From Octopus sinensis (lineage: Eukaryota): a stretch of DNA of 27,428 bases. Every line of letters starts with the position of its first letter. The stretch's first letter is position 1. Positions 10,169-21,939 of the stretch are shown one piece after another. The notes beneath the pieces are model-generated. The model searched no databases. It worked only from the letters and a program-made list of their open reading frames with translations, and was not told the DNA's origin. Made by a program: the position numbers and the translations under genes. The stretch covers positions 1-27,428 of the forward strand of contig NW_021836487.1 in NCBI RefSeq assembly GCF_006345805.1, written 5' to 3'.

Positions 10169-10343
10169 GGCATAGGAGTGGCTGTGCACTTAGTAGCTTG
10201 CTTACCAACCACATGGTTGCGGGTTCAGTCCCACTGCGATGCAGCTTGGGCAAGTGTCTTCTACTATAGCCTCGGGCCGACCAAAGCCTTGTGAGTGGAT
10301 TTGGTAGACGGAAACTGAAAGAAGCCCGTCGTATGTATATATA

Positions 10344-10376
<33 letters not shown>

Positions 10377-10835
10377 AGTTACGGGGACAAACACAGACAT
10401 ACAAACATGCACACACACACATATACATATATATATACGACGGGCTTCTTTCAGTTTCCGACTACTAAATCCACTCACAAGGCTTTGTCAGCCCGAGGCT
10501 ATAGAAGATACTTGCCCAAGGTACCACTCAGTGGGACTGAACCCAGAACCATGTGGTCCGTAATTAAGCTACTTACCACACATATATATATATGTATGTA
10601 TGTATCTATATGTAAACACACTCATGCATACATACGTTTTTTCCCACCACCACTTGACAACCGGTGCTGGTGTGTTTACGTTTCTGTAGCTTAGACATTC
10701 GGCAAAAGAGACCCATAGAAGAAATACTATGCTTAGAAAAAAATATTCTGGGTTGATTCATTCGGCTAAAAATTCCTCAAGATGGTGACCCAGCATGGCC
10801 GCCATCTAATGACTTAAGCAAGTAAAAGATAATAA
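10169..10835 (+). mobile_element. CORE-type SINE (head 10169-10335, tail 10635-10835) containing an inverted copy
   Basis: Head and tail match 8767-9171. Confidence 0.8.
10376..10581 (-). mobile_element. CORE-type SINE, inverted and internally deleted
   Basis: 10437-10581 is the reverse complement of the head. Confidence 0.85.
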
Positions 10836-10874
10836 AAAAAACAAACAAACGTTTATACATATGTATGCGTGTGC

Positions 10875-11160
10875 ATCCTTGTGTGTGTGTGTGTGCGTGC
10901 TTGTGTGTGTGTGCGTGCTTGTGTGTGTGTATGTGTGTGCGTGCTTGTGTGTGTGTGTGCATGCTTGTGTGTGTGTGTGCATGCTTGTGTGTGTATGTGC
11001 GTGCTTGTGTGTGTGTGTGTGCGTGCTTGTGTGTGTGTGTGTGCGTGCTTGTGTGTGTGTGTGTGTGTGTGTGTACTTGTGTGTGTGTGTGTGTGCATGC
11101 TTGTGTGTGTGTGTGTGCGCGTGCTTGTGTGTGTGTGTGTGTGTGTTCGTGTGTGTGTGT
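10875..11160. repeat. Minisatellite of GCTT(GT)n units
   Basis: Recurring (GT)n-GC(G/A)TGCTT units of variable length. Confidence 0.9.
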
Positions 11161-11239
11161 GAATGTGTTTTGAGCCAGCCGCCACCTACAACCATCCGTG
11201 TATGGCCTCATAACACCATGCTTTCTCTTGTTGTTTTAG

Positions 11240-11335
11240 GTGCATATGTACCATACTTGCGAGCATACAAGCACCCCCCCCCCGTCGAGTCCTCCACCCG
11301 TTGATCCAGCTGTCGTATCAAGGATGCAACAGCTG
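11240..11335 (+). CDS. Candidate 96-nt phase-0 coding exon
   Basis: Strong acceptor ctttctcttgttgttttAG, donor ctg|GTAGGA, open frame VHMYHTCEHTSTPPPSSPPPVDPAVVSRMQQL (32 codons). Confidence 0.6.
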
Positions 11336-11361
11336 GTAGGAGACGAAACTGCACAAGAACT

Positions 11362-11490
11362 CGCCCGGTATTGATTTACGGCTGACAAGACTGGTGCAAC
11401 CGGAATTGCAGTGTCTTACTCAAGGACACAACGCGTGGCTTGGTCCAGAAGCCAAACACCGTAACTACTAGACCACATGCTTTCACCATG
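11362..11490 (-). mobile_element. Old V-type SINE fragment
   Basis: AGTGTCTTACTCAAGGACACAACGC resembles 14630-14660. Confidence 0.55.
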
Positions 11491-11811
11491 CTTTCGACCG
11501 GTCTTCTGCACAGTTTCCGCCCACCAGATCCCTCTCATAGAATATTCGTCAACTGAAGGTCTTTCTTGTTCGGCATCTTCCACAGTTGTCGTTCTGTAAG
11601 ATCGAGCTTGGTACCGAATGACTACGAAGCGAACTACTCCAAAAGAGATTAAATGCCGAATTGATATGTGCTGTAGGTATCAATATCTATAAAGCTGAAA
11701 TGCAAAAATGTTTTTGGTCTCTTGGTTAAGAATGGGTCAAAATAGCTAGTCTTTCTATAACTTCAATCTCGATACTTCTTGATCAGACCTCGTACATATA
11801 TATGTATATAT

Positions 11812-12059
11812 ATAAATTAATCAAAATAAAAACATGATGCCAAGGATTCAGCGGTACATATGTTTCGGGCCTTTATTAGGGCCTTTTGCATCCCCAACGT
11901 AGAATTTTTGATGTAATACATGTCCTTGAGGTAGTAGTTGTGCGCGGCTGAAAAAGGCCACAGACAAACATTATGCATTGTTATCAATCGTCTAATAAAG
12001 GCCCGAAACATATGTACCGCTGAATCCTTGGCATCATGTTTTTATTTTGATTAATTTAT
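11812..12059. repeat. Perfect 68 bp inverted repeat with 112 bp spacer, Penelope-terminus-like
   Basis: 11812-11879 is the reverse complement of 11992-12059; each arm has CTAATAA-AGGCCC-GAAAC-ATAT-GTA. Confidence 0.9.
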
Positions 12060-12079
12060 TGTGATTAATTTATGTATAT

Positions 12080-12637
12080 ATATTATATATATATTGTATA
12101 AAGGGCATTATTACACATAAATGCCTCACACTAGGAGGGACAAAGTCATTACTACCAAAAATTATACTAATCAACCCAAATGCGTTTTTCAAAGCAAGAC
12201 ATTTAAAAATGAATTATGTTTTCTTATCACCGTGATTTCACATACAACTTGCGTCTAATGATCGTCAGCAGAACTGATTCTGAATACATCATAAATAACC
12301 AACCTTATGTAGCGAAGACGAAACAGCAACTGTTCCTCCGGCCAAGCACATGAATGTTTATAAACATTCCATGTGCTTGGCCGGAGTGAACAGTTGTCTG
12401 TTCGTCTTCGCTACATAAGGTTGGTTTATTTATGATGTATTCAGAATCAGTTCTGCTGACGATCATTAGACGCAGTTGTATGTGAAATCACGGTGATACA
12501 GAACATAATTCATTTTTAAATGTCTTGCTTTGAAAAACTGCATTTGGTATGATTAGTATAATTTTTGTATATGACTTTGTCCCTCCTAGTGTGAGGCATT
12601 TATGTGTAATAATGCCCTTTACAATATAGATATAATT
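12080..12637. repeat. Spacer-less palindrome with ~278 bp arms
   Basis: Centre GTTTA|TAAAC at 12360/12361; the arms differ mainly by small indels. Confidence 0.92.
12450..12504 (+). ncRNA. Minimal type I hammerhead ribozyme motif (mirror copy on minus strand 12218-12274)
   Basis: Stem I GTTCTG/CAGAAC, core CTGACGA (12456-12462), stem II CAT/ATG with a U-U closing pair, GAAA (12484-12487), near-palindromic stem III ATCAC-G-GTGAT, AUA cleavage triplet. Confidence 0.7.
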
Positions 12638-12782
12638 AATTTGTTCAAAAGAAAAAATTATTTTCGGATTCTTTTCTTTTATGAGGTTTCACGCTAGCTA
12701 CCCGATAATTTCTTGTTAAATCCCTTATTAAGAGATTATCCTTAATTGTTTCCTTATCTATATATACTATATATATAGATAT

Positions 12783-12813
<31 letters not shown>

Positions 12814-13279
12814 TCCGCGTTCGCAATACTTTTTTCGTTCGGCTTAACAGCCTTCTATCTTGTTTTTCCTTGTCTGTCTTTTACTGTTTATAATCTGTAC
12901 TGTCGTTACTGTCCTGTTTTTGTTACCATTTTTACCACCCCTCTGCGAAAAGATCTCAGAATTTTAATTGATTTGCTTTTCGCAGGAAGGAAAGTTTCTT
13001 GTCAAAGATACGTCTCGCTTTTATCCTTCGAAACGTAGAGTAGATGAAACCATAGCGACTGAAGAAGGGTTTTTTTCTTTGTGTTAATTGTCCTGTACTC
13101 TATTTTTTTTTGTTGTTTTAAAAAAATGTCCAGTTCCTTTGGTTTGTGTCTATGTTTTCGTTTCTCATTGTGTTCGACGTCCTTTTGGTGTCCTGTACTC
13201 ATATATGCGTGTATATGTACATGTAGAGGTAGGTACGTACATATATGTTTATATATATGCATATGTTTTATTTTATTAT

Positions 13280-13311
<32 letters not shown>

Positions 13312-13434
13312 CTATATATATATAATATATAATATATATAATTAATAATAATAATATTAGGGAGTAAATCCAAACTTACAGGGAAAAATTAGATTTAGGA
13401 TTAAATCTAATTTTATAGTATAAATATATATATT

Positions 13435-13604
13435 AAACAATTGCAGCGTGGAAGGTGTTTGTAAGCCCTTTAAGAAACACAAAAAAGCCGTTCGATTCAC
13501 TTCAACATTTAAACTTAAACTTAAACTTAAATGTTGAAGTGAATCGAACGGCTTTTGTGTGTTTCTTAAATGGCTTACAAACACCTTCCACGCTGCAATT
13601 GTTT
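13435..13604. repeat. Inverted repeat with ~78 bp arms and an (ACTTAA)n loop
   Basis: 13435-13513 versus 13527-13604, about two mismatches. Confidence 0.9.
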
Positions 13605-13658
13605 TCGTTTCAGCACACGATCTCAGATCAAATCACTTGCTATGCGAGTACATCTCCG

Positions 13659-14392
13659 TATATATATTAAATTAGAGATAAAACCACTATTAGGCAAATC
13701 AAACAGTGAAAATCATAAACCAATGCATAGAAATAAAATTAATTGATAAAAAATATATAAAATATAAAATTCAAAATTTAAATTATTTAAATTTAAGTTA
13801 AATTTAAAAAATTATTTAATTAATAATTTATACGTATAAATTTATATATATACAGATATTATATATATATATATTTTATTATTATTATTATTATATATTA
13901 TTATTATTATTATTATTATTATGTTTTTTTAATATATATAACTATCAAAAAGTATTTAAAGTTTAATATAAGATAAAGAGTAAAACCACTACGATCGTTT
14001 CATGCCCATAAACCAATTCGAATAACAATAATTTAAATTCAATTAATAATTCGAATTATAGTTATAGTCAATCTTCAGGTTAATTATAATATTTAAATAA
14101 ATAATCAGAAATATTTACTCTTTATCTTATATTAAACTTTTAATACTTTTTGATAGTTATATATATTAAAAAGAATAATAATAATAATAATAATATATCA
14201 TAAAAATTTATAAGTATAAATTATTAATTTAAATAATTTTTTAAAATTTTAACTTTAAATTTAAATAATTTAAATTTTGAATTTTATATTTTATATATTT
14301 TTTATTAATTAATTTTATTTCTATGTATTTGTTTATGATTTTCACTGTTTGATTTGCCTAATAGTGGTTTTATCTCTAATTTAATATATATA
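13659..14392. repeat. Nested AT-rich inverted repeats forming one long fold-back
   Basis: Outer arms ~13659-13845 and ~14203-14392; inner arms ~13900-13984 and ~14114-14195. Confidence 0.88.
13982..14085 (-). ncRNA. Hammerhead-like motif with extended stem II
   Basis: Minus strand CTGAAGA-T-TGACTATAA...AATTCGAAT/ATTCGAATT...TTATGGGCA-T-GAAAC-GATC-GTA. Stem III ACGATCGT is a perfect palindrome; stem I is weak. Confidence 0.5.
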
Positions 14393-14400
14393 TGGTGGTG

Positions 14401-14734
14401 ACCCCCTTCGGTCAGACACTGATCATGGGTTTGCACCTAGAGAGTTACCCTATGAGGCACAAGTCTGGGCAAGGTTGTTTTATGGAAGACCAGCAGTCGC
14501 CCATGCATACCGGCCTCCCCTCTCCACTTCACCGATGTTGTCCAAGGGAAAGGCAAGGGCCGATACAGCTTGGCACCTGTGACGTCGCAACTCATTTCTA
14601 CAGCTGAGTGAACTGGAGCAACGTGAAATAAAGTGTCTTACTCAAGAACACAACACGCAGCCCGGTCCGGGATTCGAGCTCACAACCTCACGATCGTAAG
14701 CTCGACGCTCTAACCACTGAGCCACGTGCCTTCA
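14401..14734 (-). mobile_element. V-type tRNA SINE, full length
   Basis: Minus-strand head GGCACGTGGCTCAGTGGTTAGAGCG, then V-domain-like GTGTTGTGTTCTTGAGTAAGACACTTTATTTCAC. Confidence 0.8.
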
Positions 14735-14840
14735 TGTATACATATTTACATATATAACACTAAGTAAGTTAGGGGTTAACATTCTAATATCCTAAAGTTG
14801 ATGACCCAACTAAATTGTTTCTCCATTTTCTTATTTGTAT

Positions 14841-14873
<33 letters not shown>

Positions 14874-15644
14874 ATTACACAAACACACACTCTTTCTCTC
14901 TCTCACACACACATACACAGAATATATATGAAATTGCGTCTAATGACGTAAAGTAATTGGCATATACAATAAGTCACTACTAAAACTCTGACTTGCACTA
15001 AAGGCTATTTCTCTTTAGATATATTTATATAAGTTCCTTTTTGGAATAGTATAGCTCGAAGTGGACACATAAAGCTATAAAAACCATAATGTAAATATAT
15101 GGTACAAAAATCCTTTTGGCTAGACACGGTCAAATGTTCCGTAATATTTTATTTGTAGAAACGAGTAAAAGAGTAAAAAGGGGGAACCAACTGCCACAGA
15201 GAACTCGCCGCCTCTTATACGGCTGGCTCTTTATTTAATCATTCCATCTATGAACTTTTCTGCATTAAGATCTGAAATGTAAAATCTTCTCTACCCTGAT
15301 GTCATAGGCTCGTCTTACCCTATGCCGATTGCATCCATTACGGCCGCATATTGCGATGAAGTATATATATTATTATATAACTGCTATCTCTCAGAAACAG
15401 CTGTTGGACTTATAACATCTTTCTTATGACATCACCGAATTAATCCCCTTTGTTGTTTGTACTCTGCATAAGTTGGACCCATTAATGTAAATATGTATAT
15501 ATATGTACTTAAATATTCATCGTCTGAAAGTCTCCGTCTTTTGCTTTCTCTCGTTTTTCATGTCTACATATATACGTATTTTGTGTTTCATGCCCAAACT
15601 ATTATATTTAACATGTCTAATTTGTTTATCTACGTAATTGCCTA

Positions 15645-15738
15645 TGCATACACATATATATATATATATATATACATACATGCATACATACATACATACA
15701 TATATATATACACATACATATATACATATATATATACA

Positions 15739-15770
<32 letters not shown>

Positions 15771-15996
15771 CATACATACATACATACATATATATATACA
15801 TACATACATATATATATACATACACACATATATATACATACACACATATATATACATACACATATATATACATACATACATATATGCATATATATACATA
15901 TATATATATATATACATATATATAAACACACATATATATAATAAATATACTACATATATATATACACACGTATATATATATATATATACATATTAT

Positions 15997-16027
<31 letters not shown>

Positions 16028-16168
16028 CACATCTATATATATAATACATATACATATATATACATATATATATTACATAATAACAACCCATATATAATAT
16101 ATATATACATATACATATATATCTATCATATATATATAATATATACATATATATACATATATATATGC

Positions 16169-16205
<37 letters not shown>

Positions 16206-16225
16206 TATATATTATATATACATCT

Positions 16226-16269
<44 letters not shown>

Positions 16270-16270
16270 C

Positions 16271-16323
<53 letters not shown>

Positions 16324-17220
16324 TATATTATGTATATATTATATATGTATATATATGTATATATAATATATATGTATATATATATATGAGTATATATATA
16401 TATATGAATATATATATAGATATAGTATATATATTAATATATATACATATATATATGCGTATATATATATATATATATATATATTCTATAATATATATAT
16501 ACATATATATACATATATATACATACATATATATATAATTTATGTGTATATGTATATATATGTATAAGTGTGTGTAGGTATCTGTACAGTATATATGCAT
16601 GTATATGTAACATGCATCCCCCCCACACACACAAACACATATGCAGTGCAAATAAATAAATTATCAACAGTGGTCACATGGTGTCACGCTCTGATGACTG
16701 TCATACAATGCGTGCGTGTTTGTGTTTATGTGCGTGTGTGAGCATATTGTATGAGTGGTGTGTGTGTATGTATATATATATATATATAACACACACATAC
16801 ATATATATTTATCAATATATGTGTATATGTATGTGTATGTATGTATGCATGACCGTGAACATATGTGGGTGTATATATGCTTATATGTGAATTATGCATA
16901 TATATATATATATATATATACATATTTGTGTGTGCATGTATGTGTGAATATGTGCGTATATATAAATATATATATATGTTTCTTTTTGTGTGTATATATA
17001 TATATATATATAAATGTATATGTATATATGTGTATGTATGGGTATGTGCGTGTGTATGTAATTGTATGTATGTGTGTATGTATATGTTAGTATTTCGATG
17101 TGTACATCTGTATACACGTATGCATGTATGTATATATGTATGTACGTACGTTTGTGTGTATGTAAGTGCCTACATATGTGTGTGTGAGTGTGTGTGTGTG
17201 TGTGCGTGTGCGCGCGTATA
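15645..17220. repeat. ~1.6 kb compound (TA)n/(TACA)n/(TG)n microsatellite
   Basis: Directly visible. Confidence 0.95.
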
Positions 17221-17295
17221 TGACGTGCAGTGACGCGTGAAATTACAGCTTAACACCTGTTGAGATTCTATTGTTGACATTTACATCGCTATCGA

Positions 17296-17420
17296 GATCA
17301 TCGTCGTCATCATCATCATCATCGTCATCGTCATCATCATCGTCATCGCCGTCATCGCCATCATCGTCATCATCATCATCATCAACATCATCATCATTGT
17401 CATCGTCGTCATCGTCGTCG
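17296..17420. repeat. (CAT/CGT)n trinucleotide repeat
   Basis: Directly visible; source of the poly-D/S/M ORFs. Confidence 0.9.
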
Positions 17421-17709
17421 TGGTTGTCGTCGCCATTGTCGCCCTCCATGCCATCCACACCACCACCAAATCCACTACTGCCACCACCTCCACAAACACT
17501 ACCAAAATCATGGGCAGTGCTGTGGTTGTGTTCTGGTTGAGTTTTATTTACCGGGTTAGCAGCGTTATAGATTTTCCCCCCGTTGTGTTAAAGCACTACG
17601 CTGGGGCCACTCTATATAGAGGACTAGGATCTTGGGCTCGTAGATCTGTCCTCCCTATACTCTCGGCAATTGATCAGCCTGAATGTCTTAGGACAGCATT
17701 AGGTGTCGT

Positions 17710-18128
17710 GGATCTTTTCGGTTTGAACGGCAGTTTTTCTAGCGGTGTCATATGAAATTGTCACCCATAATTTTGACCCTAGTATCGATCTATTGCATTT
17801 CAATCTATTTTAGGGTTAGGGTTAGGGGTGGGGGGAAACGTATCTTTTTTTCTTCACAAATGCAAATAAACCCAATCTGTTTCTTAAACGAAGGACATAT
17901 TCATACGGCACAGAATGTTTTTTTTACCTCAATGGACGTCATTGATTGGTTGAAATTGCAGAAATTGAAGAAAAAAAAACAACAAATATCTTACAAACTA
18001 TAAAATTTTCTCAATAAAGCCAAGAGAAAAATATGTTTTATAAACACATTCTACCAGTATACGAAGTTTAAAAGTGTTTAGTTACATGGAAATTATTTAA
18101 AAAACTGCCGTTCAAACCGAAAGTATTT
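17710..18128. mobile_element. MITE, full copy
   Basis: Same family; duplication GGTGTCGT (17702-17709) / GATGTCGT (18129-18136). Confidence 0.9.
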
Positions 18129-18293
18129 GATGTCGTTACTATTTTGGAATGTTGAAACTGCTTTTGAAATGTGTAAGTTGGAACAAGGGTTGATGTATGT
18201 TTTAGAATGGTAGGCCTTCTCGGGACGTGGGTCTTCATCTACTGGCCAATCGCCCAGTATACCTACGCGTTAAGAAGTCACTGCAGTTGCTGT

Positions 18294-18651
18294 AATGTTG
18301 ATGTTGATCATAGCGGACTTCTGTAGTGATAGAAGTCCGAAACGAGGTCCTTTGCCATTCGTAAGACCCGCAGAAGAGAAAGCAGGTCAACCCCCGACAC
18401 CGAAAGCATCGACGGATGGATGAATGCGCATCCATGCTCAGCGGTTGCATAGGAAGTCCGGGACAAGAAACAGGAAGAAAGAGTGAGAGAAAGTTCGAGC
18501 GAAAGAGTACAACAGGGGTCACCACCACATGCCGGATACTCGTGGAGCTTTTAGGTATTTTCACACACGACGCCCGGTCTGGGAATCGAAACAGCGATCC
18601 TCCGACCGCGAGTCCGCTGTCCTAACCATCGGGCCATTGCGCCTCCACCCA
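18294..18651 (-). mobile_element. tRNA-Arg-like SINE, tail type B
   Basis: Shared head and body; 12-bp duplication TGCAGTTGCTGT at 18282-18293 and 18652-18663. Confidence 0.85.
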
Positions 18652-18799
18652 TGCAGTTGCTGTTCTCGAGTGTTGTAGCTGCTTTATGGAATGTGTAAGA
18701 TGAACCGAGGGCCGGTCTCTTTAGAACGATGTTGTAACAACGATTAGACAAATCTATATAGCAGTGGATTAAATGTATAGTAGTATATGATATATGCGT

Positions 18800-19382
18800 T
18801 CGAATCCTGCTACGGTCGAATTTGCTTTTTATTAAACTAAGGTCGATAAATAAAGTACCAGACAGAAGTAGTAAGCTGGCGGAATCGTTAAGTGCGTCGG
18901 CAGGGATGTTTTGTGGTATATGTTCCAGCTCTAAGGCGATGAGGTGGCAGAAACGTTAGCACGCTGTGCGAAATGCTTAGCAGTATTTCGTCTGCCGCTA
19001 CGTTCTGAGTTCAAATTCCGCCGATCGACTTTGCCTTTCATCCTTCGGGGTCGATAATTAATACCAGTTTACGCACTGGGGTCGATTAATCGACTAATTC
19101 TTTGTTGTCCGTGTTTTGTCCCGTCTGTGTTTAGCCCCTTGTGGGTAGTAAGAAATAGGTATTTCATCTGCCACTTCTTGTTCAAATTCCGCCAAGGTCG
19201 ACTTTGCCTTCCATCCTTTCGGGTCGATAATTAAGTACCAGTTACACACTGGGGTTGATGTAATCGACTTAATCCGTTTGTCTGTCCTTGTTTGTCCCTT
19301 CTGTATTTAGCCCCTTGTGGGTAGTAAAGAAATAGGTTTATTTTCCAGCTCTTTTCGTCCTGAGTTCAAAACATGCCATGGT
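18800..19382 (+). mobile_element. Cluster of nested MetaSINE-type elements
   Basis: Meta-domain-like GACTTTGCCTTTCATCCTT(T)CGGGGTCGATAA at ~19027 and ~19200; units 18935-19157 and 19158-19334 lie inside an older copy. Confidence 0.8.
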
Positions 19383-19546
19383 GTACGTGGCTGGAACACT
19401 AAACCCACTTGGTCACTGGAAGACATTAGTAGAGTCCACTACTTTGAAAGCATTTGGATCAGGTCTTTGACTTCAGGATAGCAACCCCCTTCCTTCTTTC
19501 TCTCCCCTTGTCAATATTGGAAACCCTTTACCCAGGGCAGGATTAA

Positions 19547-19689
19547 GGTATAATTGAATGGTAAAGACGTTTGCTTCGCAACCGCAAAGATCCAGGTTCG
19601 AACTGGTTGCAAAGCCTTTTTGGGTATCTTCTACTGACTAACCACAGGTAGTCTAATTTGTGAGTTGAATTTATGAGGAAGTCTGTCAG

Positions 19690-19692
<3 letters not shown>
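19547..19692 (+). mobile_element. Highly diverged CORE-type SINE head
   Basis: B-box GGTTCGAAC and remnants TCTTCTACT and TTGTGAGT in the expected order. Confidence 0.5.
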
Positions 19693-19737
<45 letters not shown>

Positions 19738-19807
19738 ACGTTTGTGCACGCATGTATGTGTGCGTGTGTAAGTGTGCATGTGTGTGTATTTCTGTGTATA
19801 AGTATAT

Positions 19808-20119
19808 GTCACTGTGATCACCGTAACCGACCAGGTTATCAGATGTTGCTACACATCGCTGATCACAATGCACTTCGCATTGTTTTAGCCTTCAAATGAC
19901 GCCACCCCACTGGCTAAGCGAGCAGGCCAACAGAAGAAACAGTGAGAGAAAGTTGTGGTGAAAGAGTACAGCAGGGATCACCACCATCCCTGCCGGAGCC
20001 TCGTGGAACTTCAGGTGTTTTCGCTCAATAAACAGTCACAACGCCCGGTCTGGGAATCGAAACCGCGATCCTACGACCGCGAGTCCGCTGCCCTAACCAC
20101 TGGGCCATTGCGCCTCCAC
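19808..20119 (-). mobile_element. tRNA-Arg-like SINE, tail type C
   Basis: Shared head and body 20119-19935; distinct tail 19935-19808. Confidence 0.85.
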
Positions 20120-20319
20120 ACTTACATATATACAACTAAAAAAGGTTAATCTCTTGTAAAAGTCATCCCCGGGCTTCCAGGGAGATCAATGAAACGTTTG
20201 AGTGCTGGAGCTATTATCTCTTTCATAACAGAGTCATATCGAGGAAACACGATTCTCTAGTTTTGTTCGTTTTATGGTTTTACTTTTATGTATATATTCA
20301 CAAACTATATACTCGAAGG

Positions 20320-20655
20320 TGGAGGCGCAATGGTCCAGTGGTTAGGGCAGCGGACTTGCGGTCATAGGATTGCGGTTTCGATTCCCAGAGCGAAAACAAC
20401 TAAATCTCCGGTGAATCCAGCTGTATTCTTTCTCCACAACTTTCTCTCCCTCTTTCTTCATGTGTCTGCTGTATTTGTATTTCAAAGGGCCAGCCCTTGT
20501 CACACTCTGTGTCACGCTGTATATCCCCGAGAACTGCATTAAGGGGACACGTGTCTGTGGAGTGCTCAGCCACTTGTACGTTAATTTCACGAGCAGGCTG
20601 TTCCGTTGATCGGATCAACTGGAACCCTCGTCGTCGTAACCGACGGATTGCCACG
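20320..20655 (+). mobile_element. tRNA-Arg-like SINE, tail type D, with internal deletions
   Basis: Head GGAGGCGCAATGGTCCAGTGGTTAGGGCAG; 13-bp duplication ATAT(A/T)CTCGAAGG at 20307-20319 and 20656-20668. Confidence 0.85.
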
Positions 20656-20674
20656 ATATTCTCGAAGGAATGTT

Positions 20675-21100
20675 TGTATGTGTGTGTGTGTGTGTGTGTG
20701 TGTGCGTGCGTGTGTGTGTGTGAATGTATATAATGTATATACGTATGTACCTATGTAGGTAGGTAGTTATAATTTACCTGTACACATTTATTTAATCTAT
20801 TCTTGAAAGAGTGCATGCATGTATGTATGAATGAATGTAAACTTCACTTATATATATATATACACATACACACATATATAAATATATATATACATACATA
20901 TACACTATATACACACACACATATATATATACATTTATATATACGCATATATATACACACACATATATATATATATTTATACACACACATACATATATAT
21001 ATATAAACATACATATATACATACATATATATACACATACTTATATATATGGACATATTTATACATACATACGTATGTATGTATGAATGTATGTATATAC
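20675..21100. repeat. Compound microsatellite
   Basis: Directly visible. Confidence 0.92.
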
Positions 21101-21462
21101 GCGAAGACTACCCTGGAAGGGATGTATAGTATATAAGTTTTGTTATTTATAAAACTTATTACAGCCTTAAGAGAAATCTCTGTCAATATAACGTTTTCAG
21201 TTGAAAACAGCGAATTACTGGCCGACAGCAACACGTCAAGATCCATTAATACAACATAGATACTATTATGCACGTAGTTTCTAGTTGGTGGAAGAAATTC
21301 TCGTATTATATATGTATATATATAAAATACAGTGTACATTTAAACACATAAGGAATCCACTTGTTGGATTCAACACGCTAGAAAGAACAGCTAGGTTCTA
21401 TAACCACAAAATTAGGGATAAAATTCGTCAGGAACGAAATGAAAAAGTAAAAACATTTTACC

Positions 21463-21486
21463 ATATATATATATATATAAATATAA

Positions 21487-21518
<32 letters not shown>

Positions 21519-21653
21519 GTGTGTGTATATATGCATACATGCATATATATATATATATATATGTATATATATGCATACATGCATACACATATATAAATTA
21601 CATGCAAAGTGAAGGCAATAATTATATCTATCTATCTATCTATATATAAATGT

Positions 21654-21704
<51 letters not shown>

Positions 21705-21880
21705 CATGTATATACATACATACATATATGTATACACACACACACACACATATATATAGATATAGATATAGATATATATATACATTGACGCGTACATCTA
21801 TCTGTCTGTGTATATATGTGTATGTGTTTGTGCACGTGTTTTTTTGTATATATGTATACACACTCACACACAGACACACA

Positions 21881-21935
<55 letters not shown>
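21463..21935. repeat. Compound microsatellite
   Basis: Directly visible. Confidence 0.92.

Positions 21936-21939
<4 letters not shown>

Noticed and set aside
12940-13070. GAAACGTA and CTGAAGA boxes with hairpins
   Set aside because: The order and pairing do not give a closed hammerhead; probably a decayed terminal repeat.
17243-17540. Poly-Asp, poly-Ser and poly-Met ORFs
   Set aside because: A trinucleotide repeat open in several frames, with no convincing splice signals.
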